Shown here: positions 13,081 through 26,552 of the stretch, in pieces | Position numbering within the stretch: the stretch's first letter is position 1 | How the letters are laid out: each line of letters begins with the position of its first letter | Source of the DNA: Phoronis australis | Lineage: Eukaryota > Animalia > Phoronida | Assembly: GCA_002633005.1 (NCBI GenBank) | Contig: NMRA01000146.1 | Location: 369,981-433,980 of the forward strand | DNA length: 64,000 nucleotides | Direction of reading: 5' to 3' | The notes under the pieces: generated by a model | Databases searched by the model: none | The model's input: the letters and a program-made list of their open reading frames with translations, nothing else | What the model was told of the DNA's origin: nothing | Made by a program: the position numbers and the translations under genes

Positions 13081-14574
13081 ATTTAATAAGTAACCTTACT
13101 CCTCTTGGCAAGCCTATATGTTCAAGCCTGTGTTTACCGTTCAGGCATTCTAGCGCAAGCACCGTTTTTGTACTGGAGGCTTGCTTGTGGGCCAATAGGT
13201 AAGGGTTCTCTCGATTATTATCTTTGGAGGGTATTGGGTCATCAGTGGCCAGGTACGTAAACCGGTATGCGGTACACGCGGTAACAAGAAACAAAATATT
13301 CAGTACTGGGCCAATACTGTAATGAGCATCGTTGAAATGTGGGGCGTATTTTAATATATTTTAGTACCGACGCTGGTCGTTTTATTTTTGCTATTTTTAC
13401 TATTATATAATTGCATTGAGCATTAGAACTCTTACATATACGCCCACTGCCTTCATTTAACGCCATGTGGATGAATCAATGCAGCCTCGCTGATGTGAGC
13501 ATCACATTGAAAGTTGCCAATTCGATGCAAACATATACCTTTAGAAAACATGCGATTTCTAGCTGAATTCTGAAACGTAGTCAATCACCGAGTGGCCTAG
13601 AGAACTAAATTATTTCAACGTGTGCATACGCGACGATTGTAAACATTTTAAATACAAGGAACGGGAGATACATGTATGATAACGATTGCCAAGATGCCAG
13701 TGACAATCCACACAGTTTAACGGGATTGGCTAAATATTTCAATTTATGCGAAACTGTGGATTAGCTGCGAAATTTGTGGCAAAAGCTGATATTAATATAT
13801 TAATATTGTACACGTCAACGTCACACGGAAATGAAACAAACTTGGTATCATATGAGCTACGCTCTGACGGTAACCACTGCAAAGAATAAGAATACGCGAC
13901 TGAATCTTTCCGTGAGTTAACGTGTCCTGAAGTCACTTGTGTTGTCACTCATACATGTAGCAGTGTAGGTTCCAAATATTTCGTTGTGGGTCTAGTTTAT
14001 ATCAGCAAGAAAGAAAGCAAGACAAGAAAGTATTTGCGACACGTTTTACACAAAAAATATTTCATTTTAGACTTGTTCATTTTGAATTATATTCCAGGGC
14101 GATGCAGTGTTTACCTTTCCGTGCACCTTGATTGGCTGGTGTATTAATTCATATAGCTTGAGTGACAGTTGGTACTATCAAATCCAGTCTTCCTTTTCAA
14201 GATCAACTAATTATTAAGTAATTCGTTTTTGGGTTTTCGTTGCAAATTTCGGTTTGCGCACAGATTCAATTTTCTGAACCTTTCATCGATGCATTTATTG
14301 TACTTTTTAAGTAGAGAACTGGCTTGACCAAAAAGCAAGAATATTTTATTCATTCTAGAGGTTCGTGGTAATAACCTTTTTCTGGTACACGGCGGCAACT
14401 AGATGGCGTATATTGCAACAAAGATGAGATTGATTCTCAGTAACGTCAGCTCGAGTAAGGCTTGCAAAACATAAAAAAATTGGAAAACAGTATTCCGAGG
14501 CATTTCAGGGGTTCGGGCTCTACTTTAATTTTAATTTGAATGCTTATGTGGGCAGTAAAAATGTGCATACTTAC

Positions 14575-14922
14575 ATGCAACGTGGATAACAACTCTTTGG
14601 AGTTTAAAACGAGTATTGCCTCTGTCTGTGCAATAATACGATTTTTGATTGAATCGTCTATCAGGTAAAAATGTCATCTTGTGGGAACATTTCCAATAAG
14701 TTCGCAAGCCCATGACTTGCTCACACGCTTGAGTATCTTGTGTAATATGCGCACCGTTGTCATACGTTATGATTACTTGGCGAGACGCAGGTCCCAAGTA
14801 TGTTTTGTGGAAGCATTCCAGATCGTGTGTGGTCCCATCGTGAACATACCAATTGATGTCGTCTCGTATATAACTAAGGTCTGACAAGTTAATTTCCAAG
14901 TGCCCCATTGTGTGCACAGAAA
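14575..14922 (-). CDS. Divergent Ig-like exon with an extra Cys pair (phase 1-1); 5'-most visible exon of gene A
   Basis: Acceptor ctttgtAG and donor GTaagt; 348 bp open. GTTHDLEC...C...WKC...FNQKSYYC...VVIHVA includes the YYC F-strand motif. Confidence 0.8.
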
Positions 14923-14989
14923 CTACAAAGAAACCAAAATACTGAATTCAAGATATTTGCATGGTAGAGTCTATGAAAAGTTTCTCTAA

Positions 14990-15321
14990 CCTCGGTGGAA
15001 AGCTGTATACTAAATATACAGCTTTAAGTCTACGTGGGTAAAAAAATTGGCAAATTAAAATCTACTGAAAGTAGTGTCGCTCAAAAGTACACTCTTTCTT
15101 GGGTAAATTCAATTATTTACCGGTGATGGAAAAATGGCGTTCTACCCTTACTGTGCTACTCAAATTGTGGAGCGATCTTTTGCGTCCGCATTCTTTGCCA
15201 TGAAATATTGCGTCACTTATTTGCCATTTCTTTTTTGCTGATTCTTCAATCAACTGTTGTAATTTCAAAAGATTGCGTACACGTCACAGCAAATTATTGG
15301 AACTGGATTCACTTCATTATA
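14990..15321 (+). repeat. Interspersed TIR-type repeat, 5' part; resumes at 18801-19210 after the BEL insertion
   Basis: Similar to 20320-20760, 21020-21350 (inverted) and 59380-59970; the uninterrupted copy reads cttcatttataagtttt across the insertion site. Confidence 0.7.
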
Positions 15322-15868
15322 TGTCATGAATTATATATATTACTTAGTATGTTAGTTTGATAGTATTATTGATATTTTTTATTTTCTAACCAATTGTTTA
15401 TGTTTATAGAAACTTGTTTTGGCTGTTAGCTGAGTCAGCGACCAACACATGCGGTGCATCCACTCATGTTTTGATGATCTCTGTAGTAAACAAGATTGCG
15501 AATTGGTCATTCACAGAATCATAGCCTGAAGACAGAAAATCATTACCATATATGGCAAACACAACATAATAGTTCAGATGATTGTTGTGAAAGTTCTTAT
15601 AGTTGCTTCCTGTTATTTCCTGTAGAATATTTAGAAAGTTTAGTGCATTTAACCCACATATTTGTAACTTGTATACAAATTCGATCACTTGTCTAATAAA
15701 GACAGTCCTCATCTTGCTACTGCCAGTTGCTTTACTAGTGTAATTGAGTGTTCCACGCTTACTTACTGAATACAACCATCTCAATGACCGACCGAGACAT
15801 TCCATAACACAACACAACGCTGCTACTAAGTCGAGTCATTCTACTATTCTACTACAGTGTATATTGTT

Positions 15869-15883
15869 TGTTGCCGTGACCAG
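15869..15883 (+). promoter_or_regulatory. Primer-binding site, tRNA-His-like
   Basis: TGTTGCCGTGACCAG just after the 5' LTR resembles the tRNA-His PBS TGGTGCCGTGACTCG. Confidence 0.65.
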
Positions 15884-15890
15884 CGCGAAG

Positions 15891-18463
15891 ATGGAACCAC
15901 AACTGGCCAAACAGAAGAAAGTTCACGGTGCGCACAGAGGACTCATGACGAAGCTTATCGATCGTGCCACCAACTTCATGACTGCGACTCCATCGGACCC
16001 TGCTGCCGACCTGGAGAAAGTTCTGAACTAGATACACACCAAGAGAACTCAGCTAGAAATGCTCGATGCCAGCATTATCGCCCTGGTTGATGGCGGAGAT
16101 GCCATCGAAGACAAAGTCATCAGTAGCGATGTCTACATGTCCACGGTGCTGGAGACCATTTTCGACACGACCAGATTTATTGACCAAGCCAAGACACCCT
16201 CACCGACCCCAACCGCCACGACGTCTCCTGCTAGCCACCCGACTCGGACGGTACAACTACCCAAGCCGCAACTGACTATTATCTCTCGGGACCCACTCCA
16301 GTGGCTGTCGTTTTTTGACTCGTTTAATGCTGCGGTTGATTCCGATTCTGGACTAGATTCAGTCCAAAAGTTACAGCACCTGCGTGCCCACATCGGCGGC
16401 GACGTCGCCAATGCCCTCGCTGGCCTCCCACTGACGAACGCCAGTTACATAGAAGCCATGGACCTGCTTGCTGACAGGTATGGAAAATCCACTCTATTGG
16501 TCAATGCTTATATGAAATCTCTGTGGGAAATCACCATCCCCCCAAACAACTAGTGCCAGCCTACGTTACATTCGTGACACCCTTGAGACATACATCCGGG
16601 GGCTGAGGACCCTGGGTAAAACAGAAGACTCCTATGATGACCTCTTGGTGCCCATTATCTTTGACAAAATCCCTGGAGGTGTGAAAACACAGATTTGCCG
16701 AGACCATGGTCAACCTTCCTGGACGCTGACCGACCTTCTTTTGGAACTGTCCCGACAGATTTGTGTCAGCATGGAAGAGGACTCTTCCGTGGCACTTTCA
16801 GGTGAAGCGCATTACACGTCCACTTCAAGTTTTGCAGTGAGCGACAAACTAGGACCAGCGAAACATTTTCCTCCGAAGAAACGTGTACACCCACGGACCA
16901 GACGACCTTCGCCAAGATGTGCTTTTTGAAAACAAAGTCATGCGTCACACACCTGCAGAATCTTCAGCGACCCTATGAAGCGACTAGAGATTGTCCGCCG
17001 AGACCGCCTGTGTTTCAATTGTTTAGACGCTCACCAGGCCAGGGACTGCCCGTCTATGCACACTTGCCGATCGCGCAATTGTAAACACCACACCACGTTA
17101 TGTGCCACCTTTTTGCGAGAAAATTCGAAACCCGACAACAGATCGGAGGCCAGCCAACCGAACAACGAAGTCACGTCCATTGCTTACCCACCGAGTACTA
17201 CTCGAGATGCCCAGGTGGAACTGGCACCCACAGCAGGGCCAGTTTTGTTGAAGACTGCCGCTGCCACAATTGAGAGAGCGGGACATCGGACTAAGGTAAA
17301 TGTTTTAATTGATGAGGGTTCACAAGGAACGTTTCTAACCGTCAACGCCTGATCGTTGACACTGACCACGCTCCTAGAGAAACGCTCAACCCATCCACTT
17401 TCGGAGATTCTACTGCCCAACCCCAGGTACTTCCAATGACTACATTTATGCTGAAAACTCAAAATTGTAACGTACAACTGTCTGCTGTCATTGCTCCAAC
17501 AATATCTACGCCTGTGAAGAATTACATGCCAACTACTGTTAACTGCAGCTATGACTTTTTACAATGTTTGCCCATTAACTCCCCTGCTAAGTCGATGATT
17601 GAAATTGATTTGCTGCTTGGTACCGACCATTACTGGTCAATTGTTGGCGACACCACAATCAGAGGTTCAGGACCAACGGCTGTCGCTTCCAAACTGAGGT
17701 CAGGTCAGATCCCACCCGTTCACAGTGCAATGGAGCGCCGATCACTCATGCGAACATCACCTGTATGAAAATTCTTCAAGAGGAGCCCGACCCTGCCACC
17801 CAATACTGGGACCTTAAAACGATTGGAATCAAAGACCCTACGAGAGAGACGCCCTTTGATTTCAGTAGCTACCGTAACCATGGTATTACTCACGATCCTG
17901 ACACAAAATACTCTGCGAAACTACCATGGAAGGACGATCATCCACCACTGCCTACTAATTACTACATTGCCCGAAAAAGAACTCGTTCCATGGTGATGAC
18001 AATTCCCGGCAGATCTACAACAAGATAATTGTCGAGTAACTTGCCCGCGATTTTATTGAGCCTGTACTTCATGATAACTGCACAGAGGGACATTACATAC
18101 CTCATCACCCAGTGACGAAAGACAGCGCTACGACACCCATCCGCAATGTACATGATTGTAGCAGTTCTACACGCGACCATTCAAGCTTGAACGACTGTTT
18201 GGAAAGTGGTCCCTCACTCATGAACGATCTTGTTGCTACACTGTATTTTACTCCGGTTTCGTACGAAACACATTGCCATCACCAGCGACATTGAGAAAGC
18301 ATTTCTCAATGTCCGACTTCATGAAAGTGATCTTCAATTCACCAAGTTCCTGTGGCTCAGTGACCCGACTGACCCCAACAGTCCATTTATTGTATACATG
18401 TACCAGTTCAAGTCCCTACTGTTTGGATGCAAAAGCTCACCATTCATACTGAATGCAGCCTAA
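15891..18463 (+). pseudogene. BEL/Pao gag-pro-RT(partial) pseudogene
   Basis: Successive ORF fragments with stops and frameshifts; RNase H and integrase are missing. Confidence 0.9.
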
Positions 18464-19210
18464 AAACAGCTGACCATTACCATAGATGGCGAACACAACA
18501 GAATAGTTCAGATGATTGTTGTGAAAGTTCTTATAGTTGCTTCCTGTTATTTGTTGTAGAATATTGAATCACAAAGTTTAGTGCATGCAACCCACATATT
18601 TGTAACTTGTATAAATGTATAAATCCGTTAACTTGTCTAATAAAGACAGTCCTCATCTTGCTACTGTCAGTTGCTTTACTAGTGTAATTTAGGGTTCCAC
18701 ACTTAGTTACCGAATACAACCATCTCACCGATGGACTGAGACAGTCCACAACACAACACAACGCTGCAACTAAGTCGAGTTATTCTACTATTCCACTGTA
18801 TTATAAGTTTTTAGAATTTTGATACCGAAAAACCTAATTTCAGAAGAGATATTTTGTTGCTGCCAAGCTATCATCATCTCCCGAGAGATGTCGCAAAATT
18901 TAGGCAATGGCGCGTGCTCGTGTCACTAGCGTATTGTTTTTAAAACGACGACGTAACTTTTCTTTGTCAGAAAAGGCGGAGGATTGCACAAGAGAAATGA
19001 CGTTTATTAATGGTTTTCCACTTAAACAGTTGTAACGGGCAAAGTGGGTGTAGTTTAATTCCCAGACTTTGCATGCACCTCGTCCGGCATTTTGTTCTGC
19101 ATGTTGATAAATTTTTCACGGCCAGCAGACAAGCAATACTACCCTGGCTGTGTGCAATTTCGCGTTCTATGGAAGACGAAACACAGTGGGACCTAGCTGC
19201 ATTTTGACGA

Positions 19211-20313
19211 TAGTTTTCATACAACTAGCTGGCTGGCCAGGTACCACTGTGTGTAAAATTAAGGATTAACACTCACCTTGGCCGTTAAGTGAAAAACAAG
19301 CTAATCACTGTCATTGTTTGCGTAGTTTTCCGCCTTTTGTAACAAAGAAAAGTATAAAAGAATTTTCCGCAGCAAAGTGAAGAAAACAGAACTTGAGGTG
19401 TCGTGCGCACATAAGCTAATTGTGTGCATTCGGGTAAATGTTCATTAGATTATAATAGGAACATTTCCTTTAGTAATACACTGATTATTTTAACTTCCAA
19501 GTTATATAATTTACTTCATTTGGCATTGGCTTTATAAAAATAAACTGTGTACGTGTCACGTTTTCCCCGTGTGTGGGTGGGCGCAGGTTGTTGCAGACCG
19601 ATGCTAATAGCTTTCGGTTGGACTATATGCTGAAGACTGGTTCGAGTTAATCACTTTATTAATCTCGACCGCACCCTTACAAGCCTACTCAAACAAAATG
19701 TCTGACGTAATGTCTCTTTAATTCTCCAGCCAGGGCTGTGAAGCCTTGACTTGTGTTTAACTTTTGAGTCACTTCCAATAACCGTACACTCGTTGATTCA
19801 ATAACCTGCTGTCTCTATAGCTGGCTCTCTCTTGACTATTGCTGTAACTGCTGATTCTCCTCAGCGCAAGTCAACCGTAACTTTTTTGTGACAAACTTTA
19901 ACTAACGTTCAAATACCTGTCACAAAACCGTGCCTGAGTATTTATAGTCTTATGCAATGTTCTAGAACCACATATTGAAGCACATTTTAGAACTTTCCGG
20001 AATCTACCCAATCATTCTATAAATTTATACTAGACTCTAGAATGTTGCATATTAAATTAATCACTTACATGCTAGAAGCGTTTAGAGTATTCTACACTAT
20101 TCTCTGCTAAACAAATTACGTCATCGCTGTACCGACCTTAGGGACATTGTCACTTGTCATTCAACAACTGTCTTCAAGAACACACATAGAACAATAGAAC
20201 AAAATAAATAAACTAAGAAAAAAGACAGTCCACCCTGACGGTAAATCTGCGTCAGTTACCTCGGATTAGTCGGCTTAATGCCCCCAGCCAGCCAGCTAGT
20301 TGTATGAAGACTA
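19211..20313. mobile_element. TIR element with TAG...CTA ends (Academ-like MITE) containing a solo LTR
   Basis: tagttttcatacaactagctggctgg versus ccagccagctagttgtatgaagacta; a similar end occurs at ~59975. Confidence 0.6.
19554..20240 (-). mobile_element. Probable solo LTR
   Basis: TGTCA...TGACG ends; minus-strand TATAAATA (~19940) upstream of AATAAA (~19657); no clear TSD. Confidence 0.5.
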
Positions 20314-20319
20314 GCATTG

Positions 20320-21350
20320 GCGCAAAGTTGTATACTAAATATAGAACTTTGCGACGATGTGTGTAAAAAAACTGGCCAAATAAAATCTGGCTCAAAATTC
20401 ATGTCACTAAAAACTTGAGTAAACTAAATCATTTACCGGTGTTTGAAAATTTGGCGTGCTACCGTTCTTCCGCTACTAAATGTGCGGAGTGATTGTTTGC
20501 GTGGACTTTTGGTGCTATGAAATATTGTGTCACCTATTGGCCAGTTCCTTTTTTCGCCGATTCTTCAATCTACTGTTGTTTTTTCACGAGATTGCGCACA
20601 CGTCACAGCTAGTTATCGGAAATGGCTAAACTTCATTTATAAGTTTTAAGAATGTTGATACCAGGAAACCGAATTTCAGAACATTTTTTCTGGAAATGGC
20701 GCACGCGCGTGTCACGAGCTTGCTGTTGTCAAAACGATGAGACTTACATTTCTTTGTTAACTAACGTAGAAAATGAATCTGAAACTATATAAGGCGATCC
20801 AGATCCTCCTAAGGATACTATTGTCTCGCGAAATGTAGAATATAAATAGGTAAATAAAACAACAAGAATGGATCAACTGAAATTTTCGGATATAATGATG
20901 TCCCTCGTCAACAGAAACAGAAATAAGACGGAGAATTACGCTAGAAAATGACGTTTACTAGATTGTTTTTCAGGCAGCAAAATTTGTTCTGAAGTTCGGT
21001 ACGCGGATCTTAAAATACTAAAAACTTGTAATAAAATAGTGAAATGAAACCAGTTCCGATAACTTGTTGCGATGTGTGCGCAACCTTGTGGAAGAACAGT
21101 TGATTGAAGAATCCGCGAAAAAAGAAACTAGACGGTAGGTGATGCAATATTTCATGACGCCAAAAGCCGACTCAAAAGATAGGTCCAAAAATTTAGCAGC
21201 CGAATAACAGTAGAACGCCAATTTTTCCAACACCATTAACTGATTTAGTTTACAAAGGAAGAGTGCAGTTTTAATGACAATAACTCTGTGCCAGATTTTA
21301 TTTGGTCAGTTTTTATCCACATCGGCTCAAAGCTGTATATTTAGTATACA
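20320..21350. mobile_element. Element with long (~330 bp) diverged inverted arms
   Basis: 20320-20650 is the reverse complement of 21020-21350 (tgtatactaaatat / atatttagtataca; gattcttcaatc / gattgaagaatc). Confidence 0.65.
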
Positions 21351-24179
21351 TCTAATTGCAACAACACTAAGTGCCCCGGTAAATCCTTAATCTAGTGGTT
21401 TGCGCGATGAAAATTTTGGCGGGTGCTATTTTGTGGTACGTACGATAGATACTAAGTAATACACTTTCATTGCATGGTCGTACTTCCCAGCCTGTGTGCC
21501 CTTTGATTCGTTTACCGTTTAGTGCTGTGACTGGTAGTCTAGATGACAGCGAAAAATATTCAAATGACTGTGATTAGCATTGTCTTGCTCACCTTTTGTC
21601 TCCAAAAATCTGCCAATAATGACAATAAGCAGACAAAATCGACCGCAAAACAGGCCACCGATGACGGCAAAATGCACATTCATAACTTTGAAATTCTTTA
21701 TATGACGGAGTTAAATACTTATATCATAGCGGCAAATCACGTTACGCGTGTATACTTCGTGCATTTTCTGAAGCGCCATCCATCTTGACTTGAAAAAGAG
21801 ACATATGTACTCTAGTCTGGTCTTCCATCACCATGCAAATTATACACGTAACGTATCCGTAATAAGTATTCGCACTATACACCAGGGTAATTAAAAGGTC
21901 AGAAACTCTGTGAAACATTTTGTTTACTATAATTTGACTTGCAGGTAAAGACAAATGATGGAAAACGGTGCGTGGGCGTGATCCAATTCACCTAGAAAAT
22001 CCTATCAGATAACTAAAAAATCCTAAGCTGATGACGCCAATTTCTTATTCATGAACCCAATTCAAATAACATCTGCAGTCATTTTAATTGTGCACGGATA
22101 TGACATGTCGGCTGGATGTTTCATTGCAGGGGCAGTTGAATTGAGGTAATTTGCCTACGACACGGGATTAAATGGCACGCTAGACGTACACTTAAACTGC
22201 ACGCTGTGTTGTGCCCTTTTTAAAAGTGGCTTTTTCGAGCAGAAATCTTCTATAATTTCGGAATGCAATGAAGTGTGAAGAATAAAGGATAGGTTAAAAG
22301 ACAACAGCAAATGCGTGAGCATTTTCTCGAAAGCTCGAGCTAGATATAGCAGAATATCGAAAGAGGCAAGCGTTATACTGCAGAACTACTCGTAATATGA
22401 GTTGCAGCACATTGAATCTTGGAGTCGCCAGGTTTTGGATCTCTCAGGACTTTCTTGACTAGTTTGCGTGTTTATCAAGTTATCTACAAAACCGAAACGT
22501 TTGTCTTCTTCTGACAGTAGGAAGCCTAGAGATTGATATCGGTTTGTGACCCATCATCAATCTGACAGTATCTGGCGGGTCACGTCAACATGCCAGTCAA
22601 GTAAAATCCAACAAAAAAGGTACACTGATTGCAAATCAACGATAACAATTGGCCTAACGACAGAATGAATGTTGGTACCTGGCGCCGTTACATATTATAT
22701 AAGGAATATCAGCGGCCAGTACCTCGGCCGACGAAGGGTCCTCGTGCAGCCGAACGGACTCGAAAGCTAAAGGTCCGCAAACAAAAACAGATCGCCGATA
22801 TGTAACGATATCAATACCGTTACAAAATTTTATGTGATATAAATGTTCAATACTTGGGGCTTGTTCCAACAAAAGTGACTCAGCTAAGACAAATCTTATA
22901 TTTTGCATGCTATGAACATTCCCATTAAATAAGATTGGTTCTAACCCCAGTGGTTAAGGTAAACGGTGGGGTATGGAAAATTGAACTAGACCGTATTTAT
23001 CCACCTTGGCTGAGTCGCGCTCGGCTCACAATCAAAGGGAAGCCGCCAAGCTGCTCTAGTCATCGAGTCACGAGCGAGGATAGTTGGCTTCGCTCATGCG
23101 GCTATGATCAACTGGTTACAATCTAGCTAGCAGACTGTACTTTTTATGGAGAGAGTTTTACGTAGTTTTTACTGTAATATTTGAAAAGAGGAGCGAAAAC
23201 AAATATCAGTAACGCACATTTGGACTTAATCGCAATTAATCTGGACTCCACATGAACTTTAAAAATTGTAAAACATCAGGAAGATTTCAGGTAATTTGTT
23301 GAGTCGAAACTATATTTTTATTCAAGAGTACAAGTTTTCCTATTGACAATCGCGATTCAGCGACGCATCAGTCGGCAAGTTTTCGCCCTGTGATGAGCAC
23401 AATTTTTTGAAAAAGTATCGTAATTTAACAACGGAAGTTGATAGCAATGCACCACAATTTTGTAGAAAGGCAGTCATAGGCTACAAATACGTCACAGAGC
23501 GTAAATTTGATGAATCCTAGCTTCCGATTTTACCCGTTTGGGTAACCGGGTTTCAACTGCCGTAGGCTCACTACAATAAGCGTCCCCTCCCCGTGAAATG
23601 AATTTTTCTAAGTGTTTGTTTGAGCCAATACAGTATACAGCTTTTCACCAAGGCTAGGTGATGCAAGACATTATTCTTTGTTGCATTATAGTAACTGGTC
23701 TTGGCTAATTATCATTTTATGGCCTGGTCATCCATTCAGCCAAAAGTAGTTCCAGAGGTGGCTTATCAGCCAATTATTCACGCATGCTGACTCACAATAG
23801 AAGCCTGATAAGAGTGAAGGTGGATAAATGCGGTGTTCCTACAGTTTCTTGTTTTGGTGGATGTGTTCACGACATGTGTAAATTTTGGAATAAAGGTTAC
23901 ATTTGTCTCAAAGCCAATTCAAAAAATAGATCATAAGTTTTAAAAAAGTGTTTGACATAAGTTTTGTCTTAATTTTGATTTCACCAAATGTGGATGTTTC
24001 AAAGTGTGGGGGTTAAGACAAATCTTAAACTTAATTAAAAAATTAATTTAAGTCAGGTTCTTGGAACATGTCCATGTTCTGCAGGCTGTTATACATGTAC
24101 ATGTTGTTAGTTCTCTACAGGATTCTGGAATTGGTGGCAGCGTCATCGACAAAGGTATTATGTGCTGTTCTACAAATAT

Positions 24180-25202
24180 CCATCAATAATGAGCGATGTT
24201 TGGGAGTTCCTGAATGCTGCTGTCTACCTGTCTCCAAACAGCTGCGTGGTAGTTATCTCGTTGCATGTGCCATTGAATAGCGTCAGACGGCGGCGGCAAA
24301 GACTCATGGGAGACACCTTTGCCAAATAAGGTCATACGAGCTTTTTTCGCAGACAGCTTGATTGCCCACAACTTAAATATGGCACACAAACTCTTCAGCT
24401 TGAGATGCCTCCTGTGGTGTAAGGATTTTCCTCCCAAAGAGCTTGGTGTTCCATAAACGCGTCCCAGGTGGTCTTTTTCCGTGTTCGTGAAGCTGGGAAA
24501 CTGCATTACAACCTATCATTGCATGAAACGCTGGTAGGCTCGCAACCACGGGACTGGAGAAGTGGTGTAAGATGGCGGAGTGTTGACCGGGGTGATAACT
24601 GTCCCAGACCAGGAACATGTGGCGTGAATGTACTGACGAACATGAATTTGTGTATGTCCGCAGTGGTTTGCCATTTTTACGATCCTAATACATGTAACTG
24701 TGACAAGAAGTTATAAACCCTAGTAATTGCCAAGGAGAACTCCCCCTGAAGTAGGCTTCATTGTTGTTGCTATAATTGCCTCACAGGTCCTGCTTTTTCG
24801 TATTTTATTATTTAAACAGCAACACGTAGTTCGCTTGGAAGTGTTTGGAAGGTAGGTATTTCGTCGCTCGTTTAATGTAATCATGAAACATTCCATGTAT
24901 GGACTCTCAGACCCATTTGCCAGAATGCCAGTGATTGAGAAATGAATGAGGTCTTGGTTACTAAAGCACTCGAGGTTTTTGTTTTGTCTTTTGTGAAATG
25001 CCATTAGCTTGTAAACTTATCTCTAATTTCAATATGACCGATGGTGGCCATCTTCGCCTTGAGGGTTATGCCTGCAAAATCCAGCCTGACATACATTTTT
25101 TTGGATCAGCACCCTAAAATTAGTTAAAATCAATCACCAGATCTACATTATCCCCAAATGCCCTCGACATTCATTTTTTACCAAACTGGAACCTGACAAC
25201 TA
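24180..25202 (-). mobile_element. Academ-like (XPG/FEN1-nuclease type) transposon remnant
   Basis: LPAFHAMIGCNAVS (FHAxxGCDxxS) and LPPPSDAIQWHMQRDNYHAAVWRQ (LPPTxxAxxxHxxRxxYQxxVW); TAG-type terminus at 25202. Confidence 0.65.
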
Positions 25203-25317
25203 GACTTTTTAACCCTAGAATTCATGTGGGAACAGTTATCTAAACAGATCGATTAGCCTTATACAATAATCGAGTAAAGTCGTATTCGGTTCCGGAATTT
25301 TGACTGGTTTCTTATAG

Positions 25318-25403
25318 GACAAGTTACAGGATCGCCTATAGAAGCAAAGGGAGATTAGGCTGTTGTCAGGGATACACAGACAACGGTTCTTCGTTTTGCG
25401 TTC
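25318..25403 (+). CDS. EMI-domain C-terminal half exon (phase 2-1), gene B
   Basis: Acceptor tttcttatAG and donor GTaagt; TSYRIAYRSKGRLGCCQGYTDNGSSFCV matches the YRxxYR...CCxGY....C motif of EMI/MEGF10-Draper proteins. Absent from the ORF track. Confidence 0.75.
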
Positions 25404-26317
25404 GTAAGTTTTGGTTTTGTTCCTGCATAATTCGAAGCAATAGTTGTTATTCTCCGTATGACGTCATGGGATGCCTTACTGAAAATGTTAATACCGCTAA
25501 CGCTTCAGATTTTCCACCAAGACCTACCCTCGTCTTTACTGGCAGGGGCTTGACTGTAATAAAAGGTTTCCTCGGGCGTAAAAAGGTGCAAACGTAGTTC
25601 ATGATCCAAACTAACATCATATTTCTGTCTTATTATGGTTGGTTGAGATCTCGTGCGTGATACCACAATGAAAGTGGTATCCCAAGTTCACCCAAAGAAT
25701 CTCAACAACATACTAGCAAGCTGTCATGTAAGTGAGGAGTAGTACTATACGAATTAGTTGCGTATCGAAAAAAAAAGTTTCCACCTAATTTTGCTCACGT
25801 TTGAACGTTTATGACAGTGACTGCGCTAAGACCAATTGTCAGGAAATCAATGTGCCTCATCTGTTGACGGGACTGCATAAACAACTGAATTTATCTAAAT
25901 AGGTTTTGAACTCCAAAATCGTTGCATAAGTTTGTCTTATGTGCACAGTATAACTTCGAACGGAAAGCGAGGAATACTGTACAGAGTGAGAGTGAGTTTG
26001 AGAAAAAATGGAAAACAACTGATTACGCAGACATAACTGAGGAAAACGAAACTTGAAGCGGGCCATGCTGTCGAAAACAGACTATGGGACAGTTAAAGCA
26101 GTTACCGATTTTAAAATGATGATCGATTTTCATTAAATAAAATGATCAATTATACTTGATTATTGCTAGCCTAGTATGTACTGGGAGGGACTTTGACTTA
26201 GCAGCGCGATTCGCCCAACATTGTTTATTAACAACCCAGGGTACGTAAATAACCTCAATTCATGCATTTGTTGTCGGTAGCGTGAAACAGTCCCAAATAG
26301 GAGCTCAGTTAATGTTC

Positions 26318-26552
26318 CATGTGGGCCCATTGCACTGATCACCTGGAAATATTTTTATGCTTTATTAACATATGCTTAAAACGGAGCTGAGGAGCTAGAA
26401 ACCTGGCTCAAGAGTTTAGCAGTGTGACCTGTTGGGACACACCACTAAACCCTTGAGCCAGGTTTCTTGCTCCTCAGCTCCGTTTTAACCATATATGTAT
26501 ATTAATAAAGCATAAAAATATTTCCAGGTGATCAGTGCAATGGGCCCACATG
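26318..26552. repeat. Near-perfect 235-bp palindrome (foldback MITE)
   Basis: ~100-bp arms catgtgggcccattgcactgatcacctggaaat... and ...atttccaggtgatcagtgcaatgggcccacatg around a short loop. Confidence 0.9.

Larger units (their letters stand above)
15322..18800 (+). mobile_element. BEL/Pao LTR retrotransposon, internally deleted and decayed
   Basis: 5-bp TSD TTATA (15317-21 and 18801-05). 5' LTR TG..CA at 15322-15856; 3' LTR remnant at ~18474-18800. Coding motifs: DUF1759 gag (QWLSFFDSF..QKLQHL), CCHC knuckles (CFNCLDAHQARDC), protease LIDEGSQ, Pao RT (YIPHHPV, SLNDCLESGP, SDIEKAFL). Confidence 0.95.

Noticed and set aside
22654-23126. Candidate leader or first EMI exon of gene B
   Set aside because: A suggestive GSSCSR peptide exists, but it has an upstream in-frame stop and no convincing splice sites.
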